A DNA stretch of 64,000 bases from Chlorokybus atmophyticus (taxonomy: Eukaryota > Plantae > Mesostigma and Chlorokybus algae), in the NCBI GenBank assembly GCA_009103225.1, contig RHPI01002069.1:769378-833377 (forward strand), written 5' to 3'. Below, piece after piece: positions 62,019-64,000 of this stretch. The number at the start of each line of letters is the position of its first letter. The first letter of the stretch is position 1. The position numbers and the translations under genes were made by a program. The notes beneath the pieces were generated by a model. It was not told the origin of the DNA, made no database searches, and saw only the letters and a list, made by a program, of their open reading frames with translations.

Positions 62019-63490
62019 TCACCAGTGATGTACGAGACGTACCAGAAAGATCCGGAAGGTGAGACTGATGCGCACAGAGGAGCACCCTTTGCGGCGTGGA
62101 ATCTCATGCGTCCAGGTCTGATGCAGTGCGCGCGGCATAATCAACAGGCTACCACTGGCCAGTGGCAGCACTGTCTTGCACTTGACTGGATCTGCCTTCG
62201 CCCTTAGTATGAAGTCTCTGACTGCGCCCAAACTTAGCCCCGCCACATGCACGCCCTGCGCACGGTAACTGCTGTTCGCAAGTATACCACACACACACAA
62301 TGCCACACGCATACACGCAGGCACAAACACACACATGCGCGTGGGTTGGCAACCATGGCATACAACACCGCGACCCACACACTCACAGGCACATACACTC
62401 CCACATGCACGTGCGCACACACATGCGTACAACGCGCGCGTGTGGGCACTTGTATGTGCATAGGCACATGCACACATGCAACAGCATGCATACATGCACT
62501 CACGTTCACGACTGTGCCTTACCATGCTCTTTTCAAGGTCCGCATGCCTTGCGATGCTGTCGTTGCCATCATTGTATCTATTCAAGAGCGCTGCGTTGTA
62601 CGTCACCCCTGTCACGCCTTCAACGATGGCTTTCAACGCAAGCACGGTCGGTGTCCAGGGCTCAGACTCCACCTGCTGCCCTGAATATTCGTAGGCCACA
62701 CCTTTATCACCCTACCATTCACACAGCAATGTGTTTGCACTCTAGACACTTGATAAGCTCACAGCACTGCTTTCAACACATACAGACAAACCTGTAAAGA
62801 GACTAATCGAGGTGACTCGTGTATTTTTCCGTGCACCCGCACTTTTCTTCTCTGCCAGTTGACCTCCTGGTCCAGCTTGGCAATGCAGCTGTCGGCATAC
62901 GCGGGGTCCAGCAACCGAGGGTAATAGTCGATGGACATTGTCGGAGACAGCTGGATGGGTTTGCAAAGAGGAGATGAAACCGACTCGGGCTTGTTGTTGT
63001 TGTTGTTGTTCGTCTTCTCAGCGCTTGCACTAACAAAACCAGACAGTGTCGTCTGCCGTGTGCGCGTAAGAGTTCTCCTGCGCTTATCACCAGCAGTTGG
63101 GTCCTCACCTAACTGCTCGCAGAAAAGCTCATCAGCATCAGCAAGAGTTGAAGTTTCAACATGCTGTTGACTTGACTTGCGAGTTATCATCAAATTCGTT
63201 GACAGCAACACTCTGTTGCATGGGACTAGATGACGAACAGACAGTGTGTCTACTCTGGGTAGCACTTGCTGGTAGCCCTATCACCGCATGGCCTTTACAT
63301 GCATTTAAATCAAGTGTCGTTCGTGCAGCAAAGAATGCAGATCACCATGCCGCTAGTCAATTCCCCTTGATAAGCCTTGCGCAGCTCTCAAACAAAGCTT
63401 GCGCAGTCAGCAGTCAACAGTCGCACAGCAAACTGCATGCACCTGTCCGTCATCGTCGCGGCTGCGCTTAACGCTACTAGCCTCCACCAT
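62019..63490 (-). CDS. ALKBH2: AlkB homolog 2-like Fe(II)/2-oxoglutarate DNA demethylase; 5' exons uncertain
   Basis: V.WQRRKVRVHGK..ESPRLV|AYEYSG....EPWTPTVLALK...YNAALLNRYNDGNDSIARHAD.E, AGLSLGAVRDF, LASGSLLIM....HQTWTHEIPRRK...RISLTFR (HxD...H and RxxxTFR motifs). Confidence 0.85.
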
Positions 63491-64000
63491 CCTGCAGCTT
63501 GGGGCAGCTGCTCCTGTGCTGATCGGCGGATGACAGCGAAACCCTTTCCGAAGCCCAACAGGGTATGCTCCGCAGATGTTTGGGGCGGTCACCACGTGCA
63601 AACAGCACCGAGCAAGCCTTACACCACTGCCAACAGCTCCAAGCATCCGAAGCACCAAGAAAGGAAACTGTATACGGTACACATGCTCAGCACGATACTA
63701 GTAAAGACACAGCCTACCGCGGCGATGTCCTCCTCCACCTCGCCGCCGCTCCCGCCGCCGTCCCCGTCGCTCAGTCTAAGTTCGCATGCTGCTGGCAGCC
63801 AAAACCGACACCAACCCTGTTTGACCGAGCCGGTTTTTTGCCGATCGCTATCGAGCTGTTTGGCGCCACATTGTGGAACGCAAGCCCCTGCCGTCCGTTT
63901 GCGAACGGTCGCCAACGACAAGCTGGAACCAGCACGCACACCAAGGCCGTCCGATCTGACGTGGTAGTGGAGATTTGCTTGCGGGGTGCTAATAGTCGCA

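Overview
Eukaryotic nuclear DNA with short spliceosomal introns, from a green-lineage alga. Evidence: plastid transit peptides, starch dikinase PWD, an LHC-like protein, MurG and plant-type ATP-citrate lyase; the exact taxon cannot be fixed from sequence. It is a draft assembly with N gaps at 1219-1424 and 53715-53855 and a single N at 55160. Genes in order: ACLB 5' end (-), a decayed GT2 glycosyltransferase (+), lipoate-protein ligase (-), a plastid-targeted cyanobacterial-type B12-binding-like radical SAM protein (+), two-helix LHC-like protein (-), PIG-W/GWT1 (+), POLE3/DPB4 (+), a spliced Gag-like gene with a stop (+), LanC-like protein (-), BRCA2 (+), DnaJ protein (-), atypical adenylate-kinase-like protein (+), PWD (+), MurG (+), HAD nucleotidase (+), ALKBH2-like (-). 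No coherent novel multi-gene system is evident. The best leads are: (1) an exact 406-bp copy of PWD exon 1 placed phase-compatibly before MurG (real or artefact); (2) two genes whose start codons are about 60 bp apart on opposite strands; (3) the orphan radical SAM enzyme; (4) an AK-like protein with a degenerate P-loop; (5) duplicated non-canonical BRC repeats; (6) a deletion scar with templated filler; (7) several GC-AG introns; (8) small hairpin/TIR elements. Family calls are from motif recognition by eye, no searches were run, and exon boundaries are manual.
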